Shown here piece after piece: positions 1-10,662 of a stretch of 64,000 nt of DNA. The notes under the pieces are model-generated. The model saw nothing but the letters and a program-made list of their open reading frames with translations, did no database searches and had not been told where the DNA came from. The stretch is taken from contig CAVWLP010000002.1 of the NCBI GenBank assembly GCA_963755915.1, positions 3,072,001 to 3,136,000 of the forward strand. Reading direction: 5' to 3'. The first letter of the stretch is position 1; each line of letters opens with the position of its first letter. The stretch comes from an uncultured Phycisphaerales bacterium (GTDB lineage: Bacteria; Planctomycetota; Phycisphaerae; Tepidisphaerales; Tepidisphaeraceae). The position numbers and the translations under genes were made by a program.

Positions 1-1394
1 CACGCCGGCGTCCGCAAGAGCGCAGCATCAACCGCGAGGTCTCCGCGGCGACGGATTCCCCTTCAGTTTACTCCCAGTTTTTTCAAGGCCTCCGCTCTTG
101 CCCTCAGCTTAATCCCGGTGTTATCCGGCTTGTTCAGGAATCGAAGCACGTCCTGTTCCTCGGCCAGCCCCAGCAGATACCAGCCGATCATGTTCCGCAT
201 CGCCTTGTTCGGCTTCCTGCCGCTGATCAGCTGAATCAGCACGCAGACGATCAGCGCCAGTGGATTTGGATGTCGATCCCCTCCTGGCGTTGGCTCAGCA
301 GGTGACGCATGCCCAGCAGTTGCTTGAAGATCCGGAAGAACAACTCAACGGTGTAGCGGTACAGATAAATCAGGGCGATCAATTCCGCCGGCAGGTCCAG
401 CAGGTTCGTGTACAGGATGATCAGGTCCGTCGGCTTGTTGCCGCTGCGCGTGCGGCGCGGATGGGGTTTCACCTGCACTTCCACCCGTCGCACCACCCTA
501 TCCGCCGCCGTCTCCAGGCCGTCGAGTTTCACCAGCGCGTCTCGCACCACGCCGCCGTCCAATGCTTCCTGTGAAAGCAATCGTTCTTCAAACAGCTCAA
601 ACACCGAGTTTTCCGCGGCCCGCATCACAAAGGAGCTTTGCGCCGCGGCGATGTCCGCAAAGAGGCTCCGGTCGGCGTAGCCGCCGTCTCCTACATAGCA
701 CCGTCCTGCTTCCAGGCTGCGCCGCAGGACGTTGTTTTCACGGTTGGCCCCCGCGTTGCGAGCGCCAGTGCGGTCGAGGCGATGGACTTTGAACGTCTCC
801 AGATCGAATTGAACGTGCAAACGCCAGCCATAGACCGCTTTCCCGTCCCGGGAGGTGTTGTAGCGCGCATCGATGCCGCAAGCGGATTTGGCCAGCCGAC
901 TCAGCGCCGTCAGCACCGTCCCGTCGACCAGCGTGATCGCCTGCCCAAAGTCCGCAAGACGCGGATCGGGCGCCTGGGGCAGTTCCCCCGCCAATTCCTC
1001 AATCAGCGGCGTCAAACGCCCCGGCTCGAACACCCGAACCGATTCAGAGAAACTGCCCACGGAAAAACGCTTAATTCCCAGCGCCTTGGCCACCTTGGGC
1101 AGTTCAGCAACCTCCTGAAGATCCCGCAGGGATTGGATCAGCGGATTCCAGGTGTAAAGCAAAACCAGCTTGCAATAATCGTCGAAGTGAAGCTGGCGGT
1201 TCCCGGCTCGATCCCGCTCACAGCCCACATCCCGCAGCGTGGGCAGCAGCGCGAAGACGCGCCGCAGATGTCCGAGGCACAGGATCTCTTTTTCCTTCAG
1301 TCTTGCCTGCACGTCCGGCAGCATGCCATAAAAAGATCAAAGGCGCAATCTCAATATCTTGCTGCTTGCGCGAACCCCGTGCCGAACGGGATTA
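1..1394 (-). mobile_element. IS4-family insertion sequence; the end beyond the transposase stop was not located and may lie outside the window
   Basis: Contains a DDE transposase. A putative terminal repeat TAATCCCGTTCGGCAC (minus strand) ends near 1394, about 70 bp upstream of the ATG. Its partner was not found. Confidence 0.7.
63..1324 (-). CDS. IS4-family DDE transposase, frameshifted near 258
   Basis: Motifs LVDGT, YVGDGGY and YLYRYTVELFFRIFKQ (IS4 Y-2-R-3-E-6-K signature). After QIH the protein continues in another frame (ALIVCVLIQLISGRKPNK...KKLGVN) to TGA at 63-65. Confidence 0.88.
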
Positions 1395-1402
1395 ACAAAA
1401 GG

Positions 1403-1548
1403 TAACAGTCCGCAACAAGCTGGGTAGGATAGGGGGGATGGGAAATTCGAAGTTCGAAATTCGAATGTTGAGCGAAGCGAAATCCCGATTCGTCGGGAAC
1501 GAACCCCGTGCGCCAGGACAGGTCAAATTCGAATGTTCAAAGGCTCGA
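1403..1548. repeat. Dispersed repeat copy 1: 49-bp block plus AAATTCG/AATGTTC heptamer-like runs
   Basis: 1403-1451 matches 3646-3694 at 46/49 nt. A second block, 1523-1548, resembles 3736-3761. Internal hairpin tcccga-ttcg-tcggga at about 1483-1498. Confidence 0.85.
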
Positions 1549-1760
1549 AAAGGGGAGTTGGGGTTGAGCGCGAGGCTTATTGGGCAAGCCGTCGTCCGCA
1601 ATGGAAAGCAAGCGCCCACGGCTTTGATGACCTCAATCGTGGCCTATTGTAGTTGTCCGAAATAGGTGACTGTTCTGCGTTTCTCGCGTTTCTTCTCAAA
1701 AAGTCGATACGCGGAGGATGACGCTCCTCAAGGCTGCCTTTGAGGCGGGGGCGGGAGTTG

Positions 1761-3227
1761 CTAAGAAACAATCTCGATAGCGCCCCTCATTAAATGCCCC
1801 TCAAGTATCGGAATGTGGGCACCCCTTTCCCGATCAATCGCGAGATTACTTTCGCAAAAATCTAATTCGGTGAAAATGCCGCCTGTGTGCCATTGACCGA
1901 TGTTCGTCTTTGCTCGGAAAGTCAATCCGGGGTTTTCGTGACTAATCTTCCGCTTCAACTTTTCGCGTATGGCGCTTAGCGACACTGAATCGACGTCCTC
2001 AATAAATGTGAACGTCAAATCTCCACAAAAATAGAGCCGAAGTCGCTTCTTGGCGCTGGGCAAAAAATCTCTGCCGATATGCAGATTTTCGAGCGTTACT
2101 TGTATCGGCTCCTTCTCGCGCAGGAACGATTTGGCCAGATCAACCATTTTCTCGCCACGATCCGAAATATCCACCCACTGAGTTAGCTCCGCCATTGGGC
2201 CATCGCCAAATTCCGCGTAGTAAAGGCTGTCGATTGACGGCGGCAATGATTTCAGAATTTGAAGTTGGCTTCTCGTATCCGGACCGGGAGCGGTCGTGGG
2301 CCGGTTTACTGGTGGACGAGTTATCGATGGGGCGCTGCTCGGCACGGTCGAATACGGGCGCGTTGTGGTGGTCGAGGCTTTCGGCGATAACAAAGACAAT
2401 GCCCAATACCATCCCAAGCAAGCGAAACCCGTAAGTAGGATTGCTGGAAGAAATCGGGCCGAACGCTCGACATGCAAGATAGGCATGATATCCCCACTGT
2501 TGGCGATGTACGCAATTATGAATGGCGCGCCGCACGCAATTCCCGAAAAAATCGCGGCGAGACCAGCACTACTCTTGTTCCATCGACACCACCGAAAAAA
2601 ACCATAGATCACGTACTGTGATGAGAAAACATACCCCGGCACAATTACGTACATCATCCAAGGGGCTTCAGAATGTTCGGACCAAGTAGCCAATATATAG
2701 CAGGTGGCAGCAAGAAAGCCGATAATCTCAACGGCAAGCAAAATGTCTCGGGTAGGGCGGTCTTCGGCGCTTTGATTTTGGGCATCTGTTTTGGATTGCT
2801 GTGGCGTGTTCTGCTCTACCATGCTGGCTTTTTCCGCTGATTCCTTTTCACTGACAAGTCGGTCAAGCGTGGAAATTTCTTCGTGTTTAATGTGGCCCTC
2901 TTCAGCGAGCTGCACTATTCGCGAGAATCGCTTTGGCTGCGGTAGCTTGGCAATCTGATCGGCGAGTTGATTGAGCGTGGGTCCGCGAATTCCGATTTGC
3001 CGTGGATTATTCAGATCAAGTGGAACGATGACTCGACTTTCGGGCAATTCGTCTGAAGTCGTCTCGTATGGCGGCTTATCGGCGCGGTAGACCGTTACCC
3101 TGTGAACCCCCGAAGGAAGTTGCTCCGGTGGTTTTATTGCCGATAACTTGGCGAGGAGAAGATCAATCGCAAGTGCGCTTCTCTTTCCCCACGGAGTATT
3201 GTTCGTACCGCCCGTGAGTTCCTGCAC
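1761..3227 (-). CDS. Hypothetical membrane protein with about 4 central TM helices; possibly joined to 3134-3505 by a frameshift
   Basis: 488-aa ORF with hydrophobic segments (ILLAVEIIGFLAATCYIL, AGLAAIFSGIACGAPFIIAY, FLPAILLTGFACLGWYWAL) and a Pro/Thr linker. Visibly more AT-rich than its neighbours. Confidence 0.65.
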   Translation of the reverse strand: MQELTGGTNNTPWGKRSALAIDLLLAKLSAIKPPEQLPSGVHRVTVYRADKPPYETTSDELPESRVIVPLDLNNPRQIGIRGPTLNQLADQIAKLPQPKRFSRIVQLAEEGHIKHEEISTLDRLVSEKESAEKASMVEQNTPQQSKTDAQNQSAEDRPTRDILLAVEIIGFLAATCYILATWSEHSEAPWMMYVIVPGYVFSSQYVIYGFFRWCRWNKSSAGLAAIFSGIACGAPFIIAYIANSGDIMPILHVERSARFLPAILLTGFACLGWYWALSLLSPKASTTTTRPYSTVPSSAPSITRPPVNRPTTAPGPDTRSQLQILKSLPPSIDSLYYAEFGDGPMAELTQWVDISDRGEKMVDLAKSFLREKEPIQVTLENLHIGRDFLPSAKKRLRLYFCGDLTFTFIEDVDSVSLSAIREKLKRKISHENPGLTFRAKTNIGQWHTGGIFTELDFCESNLAIDRERGAHIPILEGHLMRGAIEIVS

Positions 3228-3505
3228 AGCGGCGTACCAACACGGTCCCGGGAATTTCGCATCGACGCCTTCTCTGATATCCCGGCTTGCTTCGCTAATT
3301 CCCGATTTTGTTTCAGGAGCATCCCGGCAGCATTGCTCAATCGATTCGTCTCGTCGATGGTTTGCGCTCTCTTTTCGTCATGGGCTTGCGCCTCAGGGCT
3401 TGGCCCCTGCGGCCACGGATGGAGGGTGGGGTGCATATCTGGGGTTTCAAGAACGTCGAATCTCGCTCGCAGGCTTTGCAGGGCCGTTATAAAGGCGATG
3501 GACAT
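3134..3505 (-). CDS. Hypothetical protein, or the N-terminal part of 1761-3227
   Basis: ATG-started 123-aa ORF overlapping the start of the 488-aa ORF, whose frame stays open upstream of its GTG (GVDAKFPGPCWYAAVQEL). Confidence 0.4.
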   Translation of the reverse strand: MSIAFITALQSLRARFDVLETPDMHPTLHPWPQGPSPEAQAHDEKRAQTIDETNRLSNAAGMLLKQNRELAKQAGISEKASMRNSRDRVGTPLCRNSRAVRTILRGEREAHLRLIFSSPSYRQ

Positions 3506-3645
3506 GATTTAGGCAGATGCCCGTTCGAGGAATGCCACTGGTCGCCTAGCATCCTCTAATTCCCGTTGGGCAGCCCGGCGCAGGCTTTCTCTTACCCAAA
3601 CCGATAGTCAAAATCTCTCGCGTTGCTTGAAAATATACCACTACC

Positions 3646-3761
3646 TAACAGTCCGCAACAAGCTGGGAAGAATGGGGGGGATGGGAAATTCGAAACTCGA
3701 ATGACCTGTCGAGAGCCTCAAGATCGAGCGACGAATCAACTTCGAATGTTCAAATGTTCGA
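3646..3761. repeat. Dispersed repeat copy 2
   Basis: Direct-orientation match to 1403-1548: taacagtccgcaacaagctggg...gggatgggaaattcgaa and tcaa(a/c)ttcgaatgttcaaa. Confidence 0.85.
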
Positions 3762-3775
3762 CTGGTTCGGAGACG

Positions 3776-5337
3776 TCAACCGCAGATGGGTGAGTCGCGG
3801 CACCATTCACCCCACGCCCTGCGATACGCTCCCTGCAGATTTCGCGTGAAGCCTTTGGCATCAACCAGCGGTGAATTAAAGAGACGGTCCCGCATCGTGA
3901 GCCGTAGCTGAGAGATTCGTCCGGGATCGCTGGCAAGGCCGCTCGCGATACGCATGAACTCCGCTGCATCGCGGGCGATCAACTCACTCAATCCCACAGT
4001 GCCCAGAATGCTCGCGCCCATTCGAGAAATGCCCATGGGGCCCATTCGTGTGACAGTAGGAACTCCCATCCACAGGGCATCGCAAGTGGTCGTGCCGCCG
4101 GTGTAAGGGAACGTATCCAGTGCAATGTCGATGCGCCGGTAGTTTTGCGTATACATCCCCATCGGCTGCACTCCAACAAAACCGAATCGCTTTGGGTCAA
4201 TCTCGTGATCTTCCATGTCGCTCAAAAACTTCTCGCGTGGGCCTCCTTCCGGCGCGTGAACAATCATCCGTGAAGTTGGTACGGCCCGCAGAACATCCGC
4301 CCATAGCTTGCGAGTCGTTTGGCCCGCTTTCTTGAAGCTGTTGAGACTCCCGAATGTTATGAAGCCGTTTCGCTCATTTGTGCCGGCCCGGGCTCGACGT
4401 TGTAAAGCGATGGTTTGTAGCACCAGTAATGCGGGATTATCAGCGGTTTTTCGACGAATCGGGAGGGAGTCGGTTCGAGCGTCGGGTCGGCGATTCGCCA
4501 ATCTATGGCGTCCATACCAGTGGTGCCAACGTACGCCAAATATGTGATTTGAACGGGGGCAGGCTTTCGCGCAAAAATACCCAAATGCCGGTCCATGTGC
4601 ATCGACAAGTCAATGAGGATGTCGATGCCGTCATTGCGGATTAGCGATGCGGTTGCATCGTCGCTGAGCTTTTGAATCCCACGCCAGCCGTCGGTTCGCT
4701 GTTGGATTTTCTCCGACAGACCATCCACGTTGCCCCCTGAATAGACGTGGATCGCGAATTGCGAGCGATCATGCTCCACAAATACGGGCAGCATGAATCG
4801 GCCCACTGGATGGATTCTCAGATCCGACGAGACGTAGCCGATCTTCAATCTCCGGTTTGGATCGCGGGAGTTGGTGTGCGGCGTCCAGGTTGATTTCAGG
4901 GGATCGGCAAACTTCGCGGCCCAGGCCCGATGTTCGTCGATAATCCGCTGCTCGGTCAGATCGTCAGCAAACCAAAGTGTGTAGAGCAACGAGCCAGCCG
5001 CTCCGCTATTGGCGGGATTAAGCGACAGGGCGATCTTGAATTGCTCGATAGCGGCTCCGATTTCGGAGCACTCGGCAAGGGCTCCTCCGTAATTGTGGTG
5101 GGCCGGGCTGCTACCTGGCGTGAGCCGAACAAGGCGGTGAAAGGCTTCGACGGCCTCGCCTGATCGCCCGTTGCTCTGAAGGGCCTTGCCGAGTGAATCC
5201 CAGGCAACGGCGCAAAGCGGGTCAATCTCTATGGCACGTCGATACTCGGGGATTGCGTTATCGGGTCGGCCAGCCACAAAATGGTTGTGCCCTCGCGCAA
5301 TGCAATCCGCGATTTGTTGGGATTTCCCGTTTTCCAC
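3776..5337 (-). CDS. TPR + GT41 O-GlcNAc-transferase/SPINDLY-like glycosyltransferase, frameshifted near 4380
   Basis: N-terminal TPRs. LKIGYVSSDLRIHPVG, IDILIDLSMH and KPAPVQITYLAY in ORF 4357-5337; ITFGSLN, IDIALDTFPYTGGTTTCDALWMGVP and SRMGASIL in ORF 3776-4501. Confidence 0.9.
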
Positions 5338-5410
5338 GGGGCAGAATTATACAAGGGCAGCGATGATCATTCCTTTTTCATCGTGGCTGGCCACGTCCAC
5401 TGTGAGTATG

Positions 5411-5455
5411 GAGCCGGGACGTGAGGGCTTTCCGAAGGGGCTCACGTCCCAGTTC
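5411..5455. other. Intergenic inverted repeat (possible terminator or regulatory hairpin)
   Basis: gggacgtgag (5416-5425) pairs with ctcacgtccc (5441-5450); no clear U-tract. Confidence 0.4.
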
Positions 5456-5727
5456 ATCCTCTCCGCCCCAGCCCTAATTCACGAAAGGTCGAGCGCTTCA
5501 ACTATGCCGTGCCCCTCTCACTGCAACTGCTGGGCCGAACGGGATTGGACTGTCCCGCGTTCCGATTTCGCATGGCGAAGACAGCAAAATGCAAGCTATC
5601 GTCACGCGCGGTACCAATCAAGGCGAGCCAGGGAACAAGAACTTATGCGCTCATCGAGGGACTAACATTGCATTTGTATCCCCCCCGGTTCGTCCGCGGC
5701 GCTACGCGAGGCCCGACGGGCCGGTCT

Positions 5728-6507
5728 CTACGCCGACGTTCGCTTCCGTCGAGCGAGAACGCCTATGGTTGTGATGCCGGCGAGCGCAGCGACGCAGGGT
5801 TCGGGCACGGGGATTACTGTCAGGGTGAAAGTTCCGACCGTATCGGTGATGCCATCGGGGGCGACAGGGGGCGTGTAGGGCGTGGAGCCGCCGCCGCCAT
5901 CGACCACATCGATGGGGCTATCCCCGTTGGGGCCGCCGACGAAGGTGATCTGATAGTTTGTCAGCGTGACGAAATCGCCATCGGAGGTGGTGAGCACGGT
6001 TCCGGCGCCGGGGACGATGGAAAAGTCGTAGCCGGCGGTGGTGCTGGAAGCATCCGGCGATCCTGGTCCTACGCTGGTGCCGGGAGCATTGTATGTGGAA
6101 ATTGCGGGGGAGCCGGCGGCAGCGCCGTCGAGATAGAGGTTCAGTCCGAAGCCGAACGCGCCACCGCGCTGATCATCTCCGTCGGCGTAGAAATAGAAGG
6201 TGTTGGTCCCCGGGTTAAGCGGGACGGAGAAAGAGGAAGCCGGGGTAAAAAAACTGTTGGGGCCGGGCGTTGAGCTCTTGGTGAGGAAAAGTTCGGCACC
6301 GTAATTTCCGGGCACATTTTGTATGTTGAGTCCCGTTGTCCAGGCGCCGTAGTTGATCTGGGTGGTTGCGCCCTGGTTCGTGCCCGTTGAATCGGTTCGA
6401 AAAAGGGTGGCGTCCGAGAGGCTTGGACCGGCGGCAAAGCCGAAGCTCGCCGTAGCGATCCATGCGGCGGCACCCGAAATAACACCCGTGGATTTCGAAG
6501 TAGGCAT
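5728..6507 (-). CDS. PEP-CTERM exosortase-target surface protein
   Basis: Signal-peptide-like N-terminus, Gly/Thr-rich body and C-terminal VPEP-hydrophobic-RRKR. Purine-rich SD upstream of ATG 6507. Confidence 0.88.
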   Translation of the reverse strand: MPTSKSTGVISGAAAWIATASFGFAAGPSLSDATLFRTDSTGTNQGATTQINYGAWTTGLNIQNVPGNYGAELFLTKSSTPGPNSFFTPASSFSVPLNPGTNTFYFYADGDDQRGGAFGFGLNLYLDGAAAGSPAISTYNAPGTSVGPGSPDASSTTAGYDFSIVPGAGTVLTTSDGDFVTLTNYQITFVGGPNGDSPIDVVDGGGGSTPYTPPVAPDGITDTVGTFTLTVIPVPEPCVAALAGITTIGVLARRKRTSA

Positions 6508-6737
6508 TTCTCTCTCCCTTTTTGCGAAGTGCGTCAAAAGTTTTCGCGACGAACGTGAGGCCGCGATGATAATATTTTGGCCGAGTCAATTGCAATCCTA
6601 AAAACGAGGGGATTTCAAATTCATGGTTCTTTTTTTATTGGGGAAGATGGAACCGGGACATGCGCTTGTCGAAGGGCTCGCGTCCGGGTTCGTCCCAATG
6701 AATCCGAAGGCGCGCGGCGCTGTAATGGGGGCCGAGT

Positions 6738-9241
6738 TCAGTCAAAGAAAATCCCACTCAGAGTGGCGTTGTCGCCGCGCACATGGTCGATGCGGAACCG
6801 TACCGAATTATCGCAGCGATAAATAAGGTATTTGCCACTGGCGAAATCTCGGACCATTTGGACCGGCGCGAGCCGCTGAAGGGTCTGATGGTCGAACATT
6901 TCCACCGCCACACGCCGGCCCTTCTTATCCCAATCGACAAAATAGAGTGCGATCTGACACGGTGTTGAGCGGGCGAGATCGATGTCCACCGTCATGGTTT
7001 GGAACCCTCCTTGGGGATCTTGCGTGTAAAGGCATCCCACGTTTCTTGGAAAACCATTGGCGGCATCCGGCGCCGGGCGCGGGAATCGTTTGTCCCGGCT
7101 TCCCAGCAGACGTTGGCGTTCAAAGAATACGTTAGGGCCGATACATAGTCGGGCAGGTGCCGCCGATCGACCGGTTTTCCGTTCACCGTGTCATAGTCGC
7201 ACAACACGAAACCGTCGCGGCCATATTTTCCGCCCCAGTTTCCGTGCGTGACCGTATCTTCGACTGGATTAACGGCATAGTCCCAGGCCGGCTCCTCAAG
7301 TGCGGGCGTTGCTCCGCGATAAGAGACTTCTATGGCGTATGTGCCCGGTTGTATGCCGGTCAGCCGAAGGCAGTCCGCCTCTTCACGAATCCCGCCGATT
7401 CCCGGAATCGTATGACCCTCGTTCATCTCCCACGCCACGTTTCCATTGATATGCATTGACTGGATCGTCTTTTCGGCATTCGGCACGCAAAACTCGCCCC
7501 CTGTCCCCGGGGGCGCAGTTAACGAACCCTTTCCGGTTGCGGTATTGAATCTGACAACGATCATTCCGCGGGGAGTCGAAACCTGACCGGACACACTTGT
7601 AAGCGTGCGCCCCAGATGAGGGGACACCGTGTAAGTGCGAAAGCCAGGCGCGGTCGGCTTGATTCCCAGAGTTTCTTCCGTGAGCCATTTGACCACTCCT
7701 GCGCTCCACGGATGGCAAAGGCTAGTGTAGCCGACTTGATTGTTCGGCACGGGGTCATTTTTCGCGAGGAAGCGATTCCATGACGGATCATATACTTCGA
7801 GAAATGTCGTGGCGCCATAACGAAGCTGACCGCCCCAGCAGTCTTTAATGGTGCTGAGTGCATCGTCCGTTCGGCCGGCCGCCGCCATGGCTTGGATGAT
7901 GAAATACTCGTTGAACGGTGAATAGCTGAGCCGTTGAACACGATCGGAAAGATTCTTCGCAAACAATGCGCTGCGTTCCGCGGGCGTGGTGAAGCCGGCG
8001 TCAATGGCGTCGGCCGCGGCATGCGTGCCGAAGTTATCCATCCACCGGGGATCTCGTCGCAACTGCAAAATCTTTTCATTCGCGTAGCCGAGGTATTTGT
8101 CACGCAAGTCGAGCCGCCCGTGCTGTTCCATCGCATGGGCGAATTCGCGGAATGCGCAGATGGTCAACATCGCATAAGCGTTGCGCGCTTCGAGACAATC
8201 GGGATTTGCAAACCCGGCGCCCAGCCGTTCATCCCAGCCGTAAAAGATCAATGACGGCGGGTGATCATAGTGAGCATACGCATCGTCAAGTTTGCCGCAT
8301 GCGTTGGCAAGGGATTGGTCGAGCATCGCGCCGTCGCCGGAATAGTTAAAATAATCCACGAGGCTCAGCACCCAGTAGAGCGAGTAGCTGGCGATGCCGT
8401 TGGAATCATGGGCCGTTGCAGCGAGGTTGGTTTTGACGAAATCGAGATTATCGCCCAGGGCGACCAGCGCCGCTCCCTGAGCCACATGAGCATCTCCTGT
8501 CCAGGAGATCCGGTCGCCGCGATCCATCAGGATGGATCCGAAATTGTTTTTCAGCAGATTCAGCTTCACCGTATAGACGCCGGCATACCAGATCCGCGTT
8601 AGTTCAGGGTCGCTGCATGAAAAACTGCCGGTATAGTTGGACGGCTTGATCTGACAGACCAGGCGAATGCCAGTGATGTGCCAGGGTTTGTTGAAGGATC
8701 GCACGTGAATCCAGCCGAATCGAACCCCTTCATAGAGCTCGCTGTTCAATTCCAGGCGATAGGTGTCGCCATATTTTCGCGGTGCGCTGGTCTTGACTGG
8801 ATTTGTCACCCCGAGCGCGAACCTCCCGGGTTCGTTGTACTCGCTGATGCTCATTTCCACGTCGCCCTGAAGATCGGGAGAATCAAATTCGAGCCAGCCG
8901 GCATTTTCCTGGCCGAAATCCATGCGAATAGAGCCGGCGCCATTGACAGTGACGCCCGGTTGCTTTACGGCAAGCGAATCCAGATTTGAAAACGCTTCTG
9001 GGACATCCGCTTGCACCGCAACTGGCTTCAGCGTGTAAATCTCCAGGCCATCCGACGCCTTGGGTGCGGGCCAGTGATAAGCCACAAGAGGATCAGGTGA
9101 TTCGGGCACGGGCGGCCCCGAGAAACTACCGCCCGAGATTTCTGGATAAGGTTCTGGGACGGCGAGAGCGACCTTCGGACCGAGCCAGAAGGACAAGGAG
9201 CAGATCAGGATCGGCAATGCAAATCGAAATTTGTCATTCAT
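6738..9241 (-). CDS. Secreted GH78 alpha-L-rhamnosidase-like glycoside hydrolase, frameshifted near 7075
   Basis: MDFGQENAG, DRGDRISWTGDAH, GATTFLE, SLCHPWSAG and LGIKPTAPGF. The C-terminus continues in ORF 6738-7040. Confidence 0.8.
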
Positions 9242-9248
9242 AGACACA

Positions 9249-10465
9249 TCATTTCCGGACGCCGAACACATCGCGAATCGCTTCCAGATATTGAAAGCCG
9301 TACCTGGTGTCGGGTTCGATGTAGCTGCCTTCGGTCCACTCGTTCCATGAGTTGATGGTCAGAACTCGTAGTCCGGCGGCATAGGGCGGCCGGGCGAGGC
9401 GGTCGCGCGCGATCATCGACGCTTCCTTGAAGTGCGCCGGGGTGTTGCCCGTAATCGTGTTCGTGAACGGGTAGCCGAAGTTGCCATAAGCATCGGATTG
9501 CCGCGCCCGCGGGCTGGGGTCCCAGCCCATCGATACGTTTGGGAAATATGGCACGCCGTAGGCAGTGGCGGCCGTCGTCCAATAGGCGTTGTAGGCGTCG
9601 CGGGCGACGTTAAAGTCGGTCTGCATCTCGGGCAACTGCACATGGTGAATCCAGACGTATGACGTCACGGAATCAAAGCCAAGATCCTTTACGAGCTGCG
9701 CGGCGTTTAGCGGCTTGTTCTCGCCGGGCAGGATCGGCTGGCCCCACATAACGGCGTTGAGATGAATTCCGGTGAGCCCCGCGGCCCTGGCCTTGGCTCG
9801 GAAGCGATCAAGCGCCGCACGGGTCGCGAGAATACTGCCGAAGTCGTCGAGCAGCTTCGAGAGGTCGTAGAAGGAAAAGTACGGCTTGCCGTCGATCGTC
9901 CAGTAAGTCGGCTGCGAGAAATAATCCCTGATGATGTGATCGCAGATGGCGTCAAACGCTTCGGGCGAGACCTTGCCCGGATAGAGCAGCGTCTGCGGAC
10001 TGCCTCGCGCGTAGGGGTGAAGGTCGAGCCAGTCGTGATTGGCCCACATCAGGGCAAACTTCAGCCGCGCGCGGTTGGGGGCTTTGAGATAACCCTCATC
10101 CAGCGCCGCTTCGAGAAATGGGCCGTCGTTGTAGTAGTACCAATCGAAGATGAACGCATCGATGCCGTGGTCGGCGGCCGCGTCGATCTTCTGAGCCATT
10201 ACCTGCGGGTCGGATTCGTCCGCATATCCCCACAGCGGCACCTTCGGCTGCTCGTGCCCGGGGAACCGCGGCTTCGCGTTCTTGACCAATTCCCACTCAC
10301 TCCATGCGGGGCCCTTGAGCCTGGTGTTCCGCGCATCGCCTGGGTGATAGTTTGGAAAGTAGTAGACGCCGATCTCCGTCCGCGCTGGCGCGGCGCCTGC
10401 CCGCGCGCCATCGCAGCCACCCCGAGCACGACTGCCAGCGACATCCGCGCGATTTGTCTGATCAT
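9249..10465 (-). CDS. GH99-like / WbsX-family protein; signal peptide frameshifted near 10395
   Basis: GVYYFPNYH, WSEWELVK, PLWGYADESDP, FALMWANHDW and INSWNEWTEGSYIEPD. The signal peptide MIRQIARMSLAVVLGVAAMA is in the adjacent frame. Confidence 0.85.
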
Positions 10466-10597
10466 CGGGCAATACTCGAACGTCCGGCGCGGAGAAACAA
10501 TACGCCGAGGATTTGCCATAGGCTCCGCACGACGATGCGAACGGTCCCCCGAACACCGGGAGATTTCCCAGCCGCGAATTCTAGCGTCCGCGCACTG

Positions 10598-10626
10598 AAA
10601 AAGCCGCCGCGAGTGCTCGCGACGGC
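10598..10626 (-). terminator. Rho-independent terminator directly after the tRNA-like 3' end
   Basis: Minus strand GCCGTCGCGAG-CA-CTCGCGGCGGC (one G-U pair) followed by TTTTT. Confidence 0.75.
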
Positions 10627-10638
10627 GGCGTCATTTAG

Positions 10639-10662
10639 TGGAGCCAGGGGGATTTGAACCCC
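10639..10662 (-). other. Orphan 3' fragment of tRNA-Ala (T-arm plus acceptor 3' strand); probable att-site remnant
   Basis: Minus strand GGGGTTCAAATCCCCCTGGCTCCA: TTCAAAT T-loop and TGGCTCC-A acceptor strand with U70. No D- or anticodon arm upstream. Confidence 0.7.

Noticed and set aside
3558-3573. Second IS4 terminal repeat (taattcccgttgggca) making a composite transposon
   Set aside because: Only a loose match to the 1394 end, with an indel and a mismatch, and no adjacent transposase or target duplication.
1403-3761. CRISPR array or integron attC cassette
   Set aside because: Only two copies, 2.2 kb apart. GTTRRRY is present at copy 2 (minus strand 3643-3649) but not copy 1; no inverse core or integrase was found.
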